From Botryllus schlosseri (Eukaryota): DNA of 64,000 nt. The position numbers were made by a program, and so were the translations under genes. The stretch is from contig CM119383.1 of NCBI GenBank assembly GCA_051294905.1, forward strand, positions 17,794,001 through 17,858,000, written 5' to 3'. A model generated the notes under the pieces. It was given only the letters and a program-made list of their open reading frames with translations, searched no databases and was not told where the DNA came from. Shown here one piece after another: positions 25,601-40,600 of the stretch. Position 1 is the stretch's first letter; each line of letters opens with the position of its first letter.

Positions 25601-28600
25601 GACGCTACATATTGCAAGAAGTTGAGGGTCAAAAAAGGTTTAGAATTAGTGTTATGATGTCGATAAATATTCATCATTAGCAGCGATGTCAACCAATATT
25701 CATCGTTAGTAAGCATTTTCGCTTCCTCGTAAACAGGATAGGTCCGCGATTGGCCTGCGCAACCTTTGGAATCAGGTTACGTCCGTTTCGCGGATATTAG
25801 CAGTGTTTTGAGAAGTTACTGTGACGTAACAACCCGCGGAGAGGCGTCGTCCGCGACTGTCGCGGTGCCACAAAAACTAAAGCTAGATTTCAAAAACACG
25901 ATATTCAAGTACTCCTTTTCGTAGTAGCAAATGAAAGCGCTATTAATCGAAACGGCGGAGGGAGGAAGCTAGCTACATTGACCGACACAATGTGTGCGCC
26001 CTTCGAAAATTTCGTGTGCTGCCCGCAACTGATAAGCACGAAAGAAGCGGTTGGCCGACGCCTACGCAATGGTGCGATCCGCTGGCTGCTTCCATGAATA
26101 GACTGTTAAAGGTCACGAGACGCAAAGTATATTGCGTAGCCATGTTTCCAACATTTGATCACATTAACGACCATTGATTAGTATGGATTTGTATTTCGAA
26201 ACGACATTGATAGCAAACGAATTCGTGAACTTGATCAAGTTGGAACATCTGGAACACAGATGAATCTTTCAATATCCCGTTAGAATGCCACGCGATTTCG
26301 TTGTTTGCAGTAGTGGGCATACAGTTCACGCACTGCTGCCATACAAACGCATGTGAACTCAAGAAACATATCGATCAAAAAGCAGGCCTGCACTTTTGAT
26401 CAATAAGGAAGAATCAAAAATGTAAGGGCCGGTTAAAAGCCAGAGTCGGATAAGTCTTGTCGATTAGTGCGGTGTGAAAGCAATCAAGGTCATCGGAGGG
26501 CAGTCGATTTCACCAAGTGCGCGGCATATGACACGGATAATACAGCCCATTACAGATTTCAGAAATATCGCTCGATATAATGTAGCGATTGGCAATTTAG
26601 AACAATTGAAGCGAGATCGTTCGAAACTCGTGCGCGCCCGTCATTCACCACGAGTTCAAACTTTCGGGTTTACTGAAACACAGAAGGTCGCCGATTCGGA
26701 AAGACTAAACACGACCAAAGTTCAAATATTGCGACACGAGCGACACGGGTTCGCCGCGGAGTTTGCTTTGCCATGCAACGACTGTGACGTCATATTGACT
26801 GCGCTTGTTGAAGTCGTCAAAAACAACGAGATGGACAATGCAGTAAAACTAGGACAGCAAATTCGCAGCAAATCGCGACAGCAATCCAGTGCGGATAAAT
26901 CTTTCCAAATTCAAATCACTGATTTCGCTATTGCACTACCTGGCGATCGTTTTTACGGCTAACCAAACCGCATGAACGCGTTTAGTGAACGCGTTTAGCA
27001 GTATCAACGTTGAAAGCGTGATCCACCAATTGCGAGCTGAGGTGCGGTGAAGCAACATCCAAATTAACTGTTCAGGTATCTTAATAACTTCAGCCAATTT
27101 CGATTCACTCCGTACATTAGAGACTACGCGGCCGGAAATTGCACGGGCGGCCTGTATCGGTTATCAGATGAATATCGGAGTTGCGAGCGATTACAAAAAA
27201 AATCTATACACCACAGTTAAGAACCGTGTGAAAATCGATAACCGCGAAACGCAAGCTTTTCGTTTTAAATGCGCCTCAAACATATGGGAAAATTTTCTCG
27301 GAAGTCAACAGGGACTGCATTAGAATCGATCCATTACCGTATGGTAGAGGTTATCGCTTCGACGTGGCGTAGGATTTAGTATCAAAACGGCGAAGCTCTA
27401 ACATAGGTGCGTCCAAGCGTGCCGCTGAAACCTAAATTTTACAGAGTAATCTTCTTGCAGCACAGCGATACATGCTGGTTAAGCGAATTTCGCACATGTC
27501 TGAACATGAACGGCGGAGGTGCTGCATGCTGCGTCCAAATATAGACAATTTCGGTTTCATGCATTGTTTGTCGATGGAAATTCGGCGGTGGAACGAAGAC
27601 ATCGATCAGGTTAACAGTAAAAGAATGTCTTCTCACACTGATCATTGATTAATGATCAGAGATCATCCGTGAATACAATTGCAAGACTGCATTTACAAAA
27701 TTATTAACCCGAAGCAAGTCACATTTCTATTGTAGCCTACACAGGATTAGTAGGGATTGAAACCGCACTGGAATCCGGCGGATTTTTCGAAAACCGCACT
27801 ACATCCGGACTCACTTTTCGCCACAAGGTGCCTGACCCAAGTTCCGGATTGGATGCACGAATTCACGATTTACTTTTCTTCATCTTGTTCACGGAATGGA
27901 CCATATTATACCACTATGTTCAATAGGAAATTTCAGATTCTAGCCCTGGCGTTGAGTTATGAGGATACGGCGTTGATGCTCAAATCGCAAACCGGACTTC
28001 TTCGCACATCTATCGCGCATGCGCACTTGTATTAATATCATTTCAACCGGAATTCAAATCAAGAGCGCAGTGTATTCCGCATATATATTGGACTGTAGCC
28101 GACCCACGCTATGTGTCACAATAGCCGACATCAAACCAATGCGCAAGCACGCCATCTCAGTTCAAACAGGTTAACAATCACAATACTGCAAAAATGCACG
28201 GGCAAGCGCTTATTTTTCGAAATTCGACCGAACGAGCGCTGTTACGAAAGACGGGTTCGACGGGGTCAGCGACGGTTGCTGACAATATGCTTATGCGGCA
28301 ATTCAAAGCAAACTTTGCGCACACATTATATTATGCATCCAAGCCAAACAGCGCCATAAAATCGAGTTATATTAGCCGCAAACCGCTCGGGTTCAAGCTA
28401 GCTATCACGAGTCCGCGAATTATTCCATAAAACATAGCACCTCCATGAATATAAGAAACCGTGTTACTTGATACTTAGCGCACTGCAGGCGAACTGCGAA
28501 AATATCACCTCGCGTAAAACATAATTATACGCGTAGCGTACATCACGACACAATTAACAGTAGTCGATCGGGAAATAACCGCTCGATCAAATTTTTTTCA

Positions 28601-31600
28601 GTCAACGAACTTCTATAAAGCTAGCGGAGATAACGCAATTGATAATACTAATTGCAAATTTTAAAAAAATGAATTTTTCAACCGCGTAACCGGGAGAATC
28701 GACACATCCCGGTCAACAATGGCAGGGTTTGCACATCATGGGATCCTTGTCTATTGTTGGCTTGATGATGCTGTCACATTGACGGCGATGTGACATTCAT
28801 CAAAATCCAAACCAAGCCGGGATCTAAATTTCGTCAGAATCTGAGTTTTGAGATCCATGATCCTTGATCCAGCAAAGCACATTTCCGGTTATATGTCACA
28901 TATTACGCTAACTCGCAGTGAATGCATGCGCCAGGTACGACAAAAACCAGTCAGTTGTCACACAGAGCGCAATACCTAGTCATGGTTGCGTAGTTAGACA
29001 AACAATGTCACCGAGTGTTCATATTGACCGCTTATTAAGGATCACACATCGAATGCGGCAATAAAACCACGTTAACACTTCGCAAGGACAACGGTGTGTC
29101 ATAAATGTAACAACAGGATACAATTTTAAGTTTGATCGTAAAACATATCGCTTGTCCATGGTGCTGCATTTCGTATAGTCGCGAAAAAGGCTAGGCTCGT
29201 AACTCCTGAGGCCTATAATAGCCGATTGATCGCATGTATATGCAGAATTCTCCGATATAACTCAACAAAGAGTATCAATTCAAGGTCGCGTAAGTTCGCG
29301 GTATCAATAGCCCAATAAAGCAGACGGTTATAAACTCGGAATGTACAACGACAGTAATCAACATCGCAAAAAAAAAGATTGCACAAAGCCGAGAGTTTAA
29401 AATGGCTCACTACGATATCTAACCAAATCAAGTGCTCATTTATGATCATTCCGCTGTATAGATTACTATTTCTCGAGTGGTCACGCCACAACAGCCACAG
29501 TGGCCACCAATGTAAACGCCACAACCTGCGTTACAGGCGAAAACGAACCGTAGTCAGAAGTCGAGGATACGTAACTTTGTATCGGGGTGATGATATATCC
29601 GGCGCGCGTGACATTTTTCCTCAATTTGTTCTATAAACACGTTGTATACACAACGACAGGCCTACTATATTTGCAACTATGGACCGACCCAATATCTATC
29701 TATCTCCATAGATATTCGGGCACTGGGCATGGGCTGGACATTGGCAGCAAACTGCGTTCGATGTTCATCGGCCTGTCCAATGACGCTATCATTCCTGCAA
29801 CTGTTTAAAATGAGAGGGTCTTTAGTACTGTGAGGTTGATTAATATGCTGTATTTATGTGCTGTGCACCATACTCACTTCTCGATCAAAAATGCTGAAAA
29901 GTGGCTCTTACTGAACTACAATATACGCCTGTCTTACTGGAAGTACTAGTTCCTTGCTCAGTTGGTGTTATATTGCAAACAAATGAAGTTTATGGGTTAT
30001 ATTTCCCAAATTACTGCCACTAATTAGAAGTTCCTTGCCGACTAACGTCACTTTTGATATGGCAGAAATCATCGACTTAATCAGCAAAATATTTCAAATC
30101 GGCAATATTGGCATCCCCATAAAACTCAAATATCGGTTATGGGTTCTACATGTAACGGTACAGTTCCACGACCGATAAGCGCGGCATAAAAGTATCATAT
30201 TGCGCGGAATCGTATCCGGGTATAGGGTGCCCATCGCTCGGCGTGACCCCGCTGGATTTTGACTCTGGCCACGAGTGCACTCGAAAAATCGCTGTATCGG
30301 CGCCGCGAAAAAGAGCCTACGCTTTCATTGCCGTATGCAAATATCGAATTTCGAGCAGACAGCGAAAAATTCCATCGCCCACCGAATGATAGAGCGAAGA
30401 ATTTCACCAGCACCGAAATTATCGCAGAGAGAGCACGACAGTGGATGGCACGATGGTTTAGCTGCAGAAAAACGATATCCCGGTTCATTACGGTGCTAAG
30501 CACGAACAGATTTGTACAAGATCGCTGCACGGTGACGCAGCAAATTGTAAGGTGTGTTTTACATGCTCGCCGTATCAAGACATAACGGGGGCTTGCGCAA
30601 AATTCGAAGGCGTTCTTGGATTAGCAGTGAACCGATTCGTGCAAGATATGAAGCGTGTATGAAACCAGCATGTGTTGTGAAAGTATGTAGGTAGACGTTT
30701 ACGAATAACCAACAATGCTTTCGGCATACCGACAAGGTCAAAGAGTGAGCAATTGAGCATTGTGAAAATTGGCGCATTATGTTGCGTCAAATGAAAATTG
30801 ACCAGTAGGCACGATAAGAATTATCGTAGTCAGCTGTAACAAATGAAGTCGATGGGTGAACATGATGAAACGAAAATAAATCAGAAAAATTAATGTTAAC
30901 ACATATGTGCTGGCAGTGATGCCTATAAAATGTTAGTCAGGCCAAGCCCTCCGTACGTTACTATTGAAATTCAATGAAATCATAACTACACATCCACCTA
31001 CTACGATGACAATACAGCTAGTCCGGTAGTTACTGGTAATAACCCGCGTACGCGATAGTGCGTTAAGGGGAAAATTTGCCGAACAATACAACCGAATTAT
31101 AGGTTCGATTCAATTCAAATCAAGACCCTCGCCATTACATAGCGTCTAGGTCTCTTTACCAGCTGCCATACAAAATGTGCCAGGATTGAAGTGTATTCCA
31201 TTCTGTTCCACGTGTGGCTGGGCATGATTACACAGAATATAGATGAATGGTTGAGTGTGACTACGATACATGCGAAATTAATAACCCGGTAAGTGGACGG
31301 CAAATATTTGCCAACGGGAATATTCCTTCACAACGCCAAGACTCCGTGTAATTGAACGACGCCTAACCATTCACGGCTAAGCGTACACACTGACGCGAGA
31401 CAGCTTTTCACCAAGATCAATGTTGTCAGAGTATCATAAAATCCCCAATGCTCAATACAACTCCCTGTATAAAAGAACAAAGGTGAAATCAACTCAAGAT
31501 ATGAAACCAGCTCTGGTGTCCGATCGCCCTCTAGGCCATCTGATAAATCACTATGAAGATATGACTTTACGAAGAGTGTGCTGTATCAGATTTATCACGC

Positions 31601-34600
31601 CAATAGAGCGTATTTGTAATAGATCGGCAGTTATCAGCAATGTAATGTTATATCATGTGAACCAAGCAATCTGTCTATGTGACAGACAGGTCCGCATCGG
31701 ACCCCAACGCCGAGCCCGTCAAGATTTTAATCTGAATATGGAAGCAGTTGCTTGGTGGTACATCCGGAATACTTGAAATTTTATTTTCACTCAGACACAG
31801 AGACCATAACTCAGACAATCCCAAAGCAAGAGTAGTTCTCGAGGGAAATGGTAATGCCTTTCGAGGTCTGACGCTATGCTTATCGCCGCGCTACGGATAA
31901 CATGCAGAACATGCATGGATACATTGTGTGAATGTGCCCATTTCATGAAAAGTAGGACATCAAGTTTAGTCGTTTACAAGGTCGCTTTCAGTCGCAGATT
32001 CGACCCACATATACGACACCGTGAAACAAGAAATTCGCCGTTGTCTAACACGGATAACAATCATGGTAACAAGGTGCGCTAAATCCAAACGTTGCTGCGA
32101 TACCGACTAACTTCATCGGGAGGCTAAGATCTAAGCGGCGAGAGTGCCCAGTGTTGGACGTGGGTATACATAATGGTTAGCATACCACTTGATTTGGTAA
32201 TATTTTTTTTACCATAGCATTAAACCACAAGGGAAATGAAAATTCCACGGCTGCAATAATATAGCATCACTAATGAAATCGCCATACAACGGGAATTTAG
32301 AGAAAAAATGAAACAACAGCATTTCATCCACAAAGCATTCGCGGCCAAACAGTGGCAAACGCCATGTACAAAATAAAAATCATCCCGATTCCCGAAAGCG
32401 TCGACAGATTTGCGATCGTTGTTGACACGTAATTGCACGGACGAGTGCGCGCGACAAAACACATTCCACAGGTGCAGCGAATTATCGGATTTGACAGTGC
32501 GTTTATCGGCGGGATTAAAACACAAATCTTATGACAAGCGGCTACTGCATATCTTTCTAAACCATACGCGAGTTTTGAAACCGAATGCACAGCACACTGC
32601 TCAGTAAAGGCAGTGTCGTGTCGAGGTCTGATGACGCGGACATGCCTAACGAATGGCTTGTCAGTATTATGAAATTATATCGCAAAAATCATCATTAATA
32701 GTTCGGGACAATATAATAACGAAGGTGTCTTTTTGACCTTTCTAGTTACTACGCGATCGGGTACTGTATCGTTAGCAGGATTGCTATGCCAAGACCAGCG
32801 AAGTAAATACCAAATTACTGCATTAAGCCGATTTTCCCACATAGTCGCAGCCTATAGTCAAAGGTGCCTGGAAGGTATCGAAATAAGGGGATGCTAGCCC
32901 CATAGGCAGGCCGTGTTATTTTTGGCATTTCGGGAGCCAGATGCCAAAACTGCCAAAAATAAAAATTTGAAAATGCCAAAAATAACTAATTTTTGGCATA
33001 TGCCAAAAATAACACAACGTGCCAATAGTGTATTTCTTTCATGGTGTTGTGTTTACAGGACCGCATTACAAGTGTGAAGGGCAGGTTTTTTACTCTATGG
33101 GTCCAGCCCACCCATTAGGGGAGAAAGCATGGTGTCCTAAATGGTGTGGGCACAGCGAGATTGAACGGCTGACTGCATTTGGTTTACGTCACACTTTCCA
33201 TTTGTCCAAAGGCAATTTTACGGCCATTTGTAACCGGCTTGCCGAGCGCTAAATTTGATACAACGGGTATCAATGGAAAGCTGCCGCTGTACTGATTACT
33301 AAAATATAAATTGTATTCTGCTCGTGGATCTGGAACCCCCAAATTCAACTAAGATTTTTGCATTGTGATCGAGTTGAGCATTGTGACACAACAAACAGTC
33401 CGGCTATTTCTGAGCTGCAGTCTCGTTTTGCCAGACAGTCTTGTTGCAGTAATGTTCTTAAACAAGCTAACCTTCCCAGGACTCTTCCATGTGAGTTGGT
33501 AATATTAAAGCCATCTGACGTGACAAAAGTCCTGCTAAAATATATCGGTAGACTGATGGAGATGGGATGGTCGCGCTACAAAATAGATTGTGTTGAGAGA
33601 CAACACAGGGAACTCCTGGAAAAGTATCGGGAAGAAAATTCTTTCTGCGATGAGATCGATGGCACTAGCGCAGTGATCTCTTTTCCTGATGCTTGGAAGC
33701 CGGTTCTGCCCTCCGAAATTTTGAAGCCCGGAAAACCTTTTGTGGAGGACTGGCAACATTCTTTCCCTCAACGGCGACTGTTGAAGCCAATATTTCCCAG
33801 ATTCGTTGGGCGAAAAATTAATTCAGGAGAAACTTTGCTGACCTGAGTTTGGAAGCACTGTTACAGTGCAAACAATTTAAGTCTATTCAAAAGCTGTAAC
33901 AATCAGGAGTTGAGCGTGTTTGTTAGGCTTCTCATTCTTTTTGCTTATTGGCACCGATTCCGAATGGATACTGCACATTTTGTGGTTTTGTTTGATATTA
34001 TTAACCTATGTAATCGCTAGGTTTTTTCTTCTTATTATTGTTTGTTGGTACTTATTATAAGTGGAAACTGTACATTTTTTGGTCTCTATTGATAAACTGA
34101 CCCAAATAAAGCGTTTTTATGACTAATTCGAGTCTGAAAATATTTATTTAGAGGTCGATGCCAAAACTGCCAAAAATGAAAATTGAAAAATGCCAAAAAT
34201 AAGCTATTTTTGGCAGTTTTGGCATATGCCAAAAATAACACGGCCTGCCCATAGGGCATAGCGCAGCGGTTCACAACCGCCGGTCCATAGCAACTTTCCT
34301 GGCGGTCCACTAAATATACAAAACTGTTATACCTCAACGCCAAAATGAAACAAGTTGGATACTTTTCAATAGAGAAATGGAAATGAATGGATTTATAAAT
34401 TTGAAACACATTTTTCTGCATGGTATCGTAATATGAAGTTCATGGTCTGCTTTGGACTTGCCGCACGTCACAACCTAAAGGTGTTGTATGAAATCGTTTT
34501 AAACTAGCCCACATCTCGTACGTTTAAACAAATTTCCTTAAATGTCGACGGTACGATTTAGCGACATTTAGCAGTAGAATAAAGGCCTGGAAACAATAAA

Positions 34601-37600
34601 CTCGCATTTCTTTGAAAAGAAACCGAACAACACAACCGAAGTTAGTGTTTTAACTGCATTTCGCATTGCAGATACTTCAATAGATCCCTGTATAACACGA
34701 CTAATATCACAAGGCAGCATTAAATGAAGTTTTCAATATTCACTTTTTAGTTGTATATACTTGTCCTTTGGCGATTTGGGTGAATTTTTAATATTATTGA
34801 AGGCTTGCCGGTCCGCAGCACTCATTTTGCATTTCACCGGTCCGTGAGATTAAAATGCTCGAGAACAAGTGGCACATAGAGCCTTTGATTGAATTTCCAA
34901 TCTGACACAGCAAAGCGTTAAATGCAATGACGCTACAAATAGGTGCGAACTTTGAAAATATATGTAGCAGATACTGTGATGGCTATTTCACGCTGTTCTT
35001 ATGGCGATATCACACACAAAGTGATAAGTGTAATTAGTCTTACCTAAAAAAACTTCAAGTAAAGTAGAAGTAGTCCAAAACATAACTGCTTGAGGAAGTA
35101 TTGCAAGTCGGCAAAACAGACTGATTAATTCGATACGGCAGAAGCACTGTGTCATCGACCACCTGTGAATCCAACACCTAGTGGGATCGAATCGGCTTCA
35201 AATTTGGCTTTATCGATATATCTGCGACACCCTAGTGTTGAAGATCAGCCAAACACCCCACAACTTCAACAGCGGAAGCCGGTACATTTCAGCTTCCGAA
35301 AGTATTGCGAGAAGTATCCCGCCGATATTTAAATCAACTCAACACCCATTTCCCGTCATCAGTTGCTTTTAACGGGCCGTTCCATATCCGCATCGCGCTT
35401 CAGTCAACTTATATCGCTTCGCGTATTAAAGTACTTGTCGGACTACACGAGGATGTGTTGGAGGTGGCGCTTGTGTCTACAGTCGAGTACTCACAGCGTA
35501 TTACGATGGCACTTAGGTGCTAGAAAACGCCATCGTCTGTGTTCGCCGTTTGCGATTTAACGGCGACCCGTTATCGGCCGGGATAAAGGACGTTTCAAAG
35601 TGCTACTCGGGCGAGCGGATTATCCCCGCAAGTACCGCGGTTAGAGCCGCGCAAACAGTCGCCAGGAGATTCAAATCAGATCACGTGATCCAGCTCGCTG
35701 ATACAGATATCGCCAACGCCGGTTGGCTGCATTTCCGGAGTGATTACTCATGCGCGTTGGGACCTAGAATATGATTTGCCTTGAAGAGGAATGATTGTTG
35801 TTTGCTGTCGGTCTGGTCCTAAACAAATACATCACATGCGCGCACGTTATTTACCAAAACATAAAAATTGTGCGGAGCAATAATAGCGTACGTCTGCGAC
35901 CTCTCGACCGTGGAGAGTGTGATACGCGCAAGCCCCGGTTAATCGCTGCAATGTTACAGCGACGTTGCGATGAAGCTTAGATGCTGGCCTACATACAATC
36001 GAATAGCTTGGAGAGCTAGGACGCAAATTTTATATCAGCGTTATCACCTGAACTCAGGGGTACTTCGTACGGAAACGCTTCTACTTTTTTGGACTTCTCA
36101 AGTAGGTTTCATTTTCATTGCACTGCTTACTTAAAGTGGATATGTTTGGATATAAAGTGAATATGTTTGCAATCTACTTTCACTCAAAATGTTTCAGGGT
36201 TAAATTATTTACTTGTTACATTTTCAATTTTTGCAAAGTAATGCTTGCATCACCTTTACTGGAGAAAAGTTCCCATATCACAGTAACCGGATTTATTTTC
36301 GCAGTGACATTAGTCTTGTTGCGTTAGTCACGAAGGTGCACTTTGCAATTTCAGAGGTAGAAGCCTACGATTAACTGCAAAAACTACGCGAGCCCTGTAC
36401 TTTTTCAAGCTACTTGAGTACTTATCACACCTACATTACCAACCACCACTTGAAGTACTTTTGGCATGCGAAACCACGAGAATGACGCAACAGTCAAAAA
36501 CCAAACACGCCTCGCTACATCCCACATCCCCCGACTATCCATTCATCCAATTTACAAGAACCATTGTCCAGGTAAATCTACAACAGCTGTCGCGTGCGAG
36601 ACACGCGGCCTTTATCATCGCAGAGCTATACGCGAATTACACGCTCCCGTGTCGTAGGGAGAAATTTGACCGCTGCATCGCGGCGTAAGGCCCGGAATCG
36701 AGCGCACGTTACCCAGAACGCGTTTGCCGTCATTATCAATCAATACATTGATATTTGACAATTTACGCGAAACCTGGCAGACTCGCGAATGTCGGAAAAA
36801 TCAATATCCGCAAGGGCGAGGCGCATCTGCGACACAAGCGCTTGACATATGTATTCGACTTTAATTGTTTAATCGGACATCCACCGAAACTTGGTACGAC
36901 GAAAACGGCGCTTTTTCAAGAGAGAATTTGTGAGATAATTCAAAATGCCGCTGTGATTATTATTACTGACACAAACGCGAATCAGACTTGTAGAAACTAC
37001 TGAATTTTCACATCACGCAACTAGAACTACAACTAGAACTATCGACCTTTATAAATCCGCAACCAACTATCAAAACCACAACTATAGATTCAATTCCGAA
37101 GAAACTCATAAATTTTTGATATATCATAATAGGATCGGTATTCCACGCGAGTATCAGTACAAGTTTGAAATGGGAGGGGTTTCGACCCGCAAAACCCATC
37201 CCTGGCCACATCACTGTTGAGTGATGACTCTGAGATAGGAACGGCTGCAAGAACATAACCTAACGGAACACGGGCATCACGATTCACGTCAAACAACACG
37301 TACTCTCTAGCATCTAAATTTTGTTTTAAATTTGGAACTAGAACTATTCACTTTTCAAAATCCGCCACTTAGTACTACAGCTAAAACTACGCAAAAAAAC
37401 AGTAGTTGTTTGCTGGTCAACTAATTAGATTCGTCTCGTACGTTCATCGAAACTTAGTCTGACGACAACGGTCCTATTTCAAAAGAGAATTTGCGATATA
37501 ATCCAAAATGAGGCTATGATTATTAGCGACATGATCGTGAATATCAATTGACAGCTAAACCTCATCAATTTTCGAATACAGGAGAAACGCAGTGCTCCGT

Positions 37601-40600
37601 TATCGGAATTTCGTACGGCGCGTTAAGTTACGGACGCCTCGAGAAGAATACTATTCTCGGAAATCAGATTTTGCTATCCTACCGATACCATCCTACGATA
37701 AATAGCAACGAAAAAAGCCGTCCGGTGAGCTGGCTTGCGGTAATCCAAGACATCTTTATCTGGTAAGGGCACACGGTCTGCAGTAAGCCTATATCGTGGT
37801 GTTATTGATTATGTTGATAAGGGTTTTGATAGGGCTTTCGCGTGTCTGCTGATCTTGAATGAACTGTTCGGATCAACTAAACCAGAGCTCCTTAACCTTT
37901 AATAACCTACAGAACGCTAAACACCAATCTACAGGCCGTTGGAGATTCCTAAATTTTCGGTGAGTGAACAAATATTTACCACAGCATTACAACTTTGCAT
38001 AAACAACAGTGTTAAAAGAACACGATTTTCTGACAACACAAAAATTTAATGTATATTTTCTGCAGATCAGTGTGTATTGACCTCCAACCAACTCCTGCCA
38101 CTGGCTAAGCGGGCCCCTTGGGTTCGTTTGAACCCCGGATAAGGATCAGTGAACTAAGCAATTGCGGGGCTTTACCCGATATCATTGTCGTTGTATGTGC
38201 TAATGCAGAGAGATGCGGAACTTGATTATGCAGCGGCACGCCGATAAGGATATGCAGAAAAAGACGCGAGAAAGCGTATAATAGCCGGAGGCTCAAGGAA
38301 CCCTTCCCGGCAATAAATTAGGATTACCAAGAGAAGTGCGCTACCTGGAGTGGAACGAATGCCGAGTATTGTGAGTTTGTCTCGCCAGTAATGCAGCGTT
38401 TCTCTGAAGATTTGTGGGATTTGGGTTATGTATATGCAGAACGATTTTCTGCAATGGGCGGGATAATGTGTACCGTGCTGTGTAAACAGAAACTGCGCCG
38501 CGTTTTCAAGGTCGTAATGTACGGAAACTCAAACGCGTGCGCCAGTTTTACAGCGTCATATCAAAGACGCACCACGCAGTCCATGCTACTTGGATGAGTC
38601 CGCGGGCCGTGTAAGCAAACAATCTACTTTCATCCCGGATCAAGTGGGATTAAGACGATATTCCAGATTATCCTTGTAAGACTAAAGAGCGAGTCATTGA
38701 ATCGCAATCCCAACTACATTTGCGTGCGCAGTCCGATTAAACACAGGTTACGCATCGCCGATGCACAAAAATAGCGATACGCCCTCGCGCGCCTAAAATT
38801 AGTACGAGATAAGAATAACAAAACATTTGTGTCGTCATAAGGCGTTTGCACGTGATTGCCAGTGCGTGACCACAATTAACGAGCTTTCATGGATATTTCT
38901 AGTGCTCGTATGGCTGCCAGCGTTCGCAACAATCTACCAACCGGTACGAGCTGAAAGTTCGTCACTGTGACATTCAACTATGTTGATGTTCCTTCTACAG
39001 GTATATTGTAGGGTGGGCCTTTTAGATAGGCATGGAATGCAATGGCCCACGGGAGCCTTCAAATTGAAACCCTCAATAGTTCGACCGTTCGTATAACAAT
39101 AGATTATTAACCTACGGATAGATAGATACGCAACTTCCGTCGTTACGCTCGGGCAAGCAGTGTCCCTTGCTGCTGAGCAATTTAAATGCAGCATAATTGA
39201 TAGTGTTATAGCTTGCGACCCGAGGGATGAAATTTATTAAAATTGGTCTTAATTGAGAGCTACTGTCGCAATGATTCCGAAAATACAAATTAAAATCTTG
39301 TCAGGGAAATGGAACCACGTCAAAACAGCCTTCAGAGTCTGAAAATCGGGAGAGTTCCGAACAATCGCTTGACGAAATTGGCCATTGTTCGCCCATTTTC
39401 AGATTTTGAGGGCTGTTTCGAAGTGGTTCCATTTCCCTGACAAGATTTTAGATGGTATCTTCGGAAGCATTGCGACAGTAGCTCTCGATTAGAACAGTTT
39501 TATTAAATTTCATGCCACGGGTCGCAAGCTATAACACTACCGATTATGCTGCTTTTTGATTGCTCGGCAATAAGAGAGACTGCTTGCCCGGGCGTAACGA
39601 CGGGAGTTGCGTATCTATCCGTAGGTATCCGTAAGTTAGTAATCCAGTAACCAGCCAAAACATGCAGTAGAAAGCAACGCGTGGACGTTGTTGAAAATGC
39701 TAATTCTGTGATGCCGTCATCAACCCATAGTATTGTCACAAAGTGCAATGACAGAGGGAAGGTCAAATTGTACCAAATTGACATCAATGTGGTGGAAATT
39801 GGCATTATTTTCTTTGCACATGTAAATCGAGTACTTGATTACGTCATCAAGGTAGGCGGTAAGGTCATTTAATGAATAATCTCGCACCACAACTTCACGC
39901 CTCATTCTTGAATGCGACAGTGACTATCCTCGATCACATAACAAGTATACCAAATTTTATTAATAACTAGCGCACGTCACTGTTCCAATACGTCAGCATA
40001 TTCGCATAACTCCGCGCGTGTAATGACACGAGATAACTCTACCATCGCGCCTGTCCCGTACGTAATTACATCCGCGAAAATGGGCGGTTTAAAATCCGAT
40101 CCAAATTGCCCGTCGTACGACCAAGCAACGAGACGCAAGTGCGCTGACGAAGGCCCGTCAATCGGCGTCAAGCAGCGACACAATTAGCGGCAAATTAGAG
40201 CGTATGGACGGCGTAAATCAGTCGCAAATTGCTTGATGAAGAAATTGCCAGGGTACGCATCGCGCATTGTGGCGTTGAGTTTCCGAGAGACGGGGCCATC
40301 GCGTATCGCTTTGGTAGTGGGCAATCACGAAAGATCCTAGCAACTTAAGAGGCAGCGACAACAGGGCATCTGGCAATACTTCAGAAGCGATAATCAATTA
40401 AAATTTCACAAACTTCGAAGGTTATAGTAAGTTGGACTGAACATAACGATCGGGGTCGATCATTGATTGTAATGACTCGAGATGAGCAGTAATGGTGTCT
40501 GTTTTGTCGAATACCGACGCTATACGCCGCTGTTACGAAAAATTTATTCTAATGCCAATAATATAATGCGGCAGCAGGGTACGCCTGTTCTTAGAAAAGA

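Noticed and set aside
26474-26962. 162-aa antisense ORF in the CPEB giant intron
   Set aside because: GTG start, no recognisable domain or splice context; long ORFs arise more easily in this CpG/GC-richer stretch
26973-26998. 13-bp tandem duplication TGAACGCGTTTAG x2 as a transposon excision footprint
   Set aside because: Length does not match the 8-bp, TA or TTAA TSDs of local families; slippage is the simpler explanation
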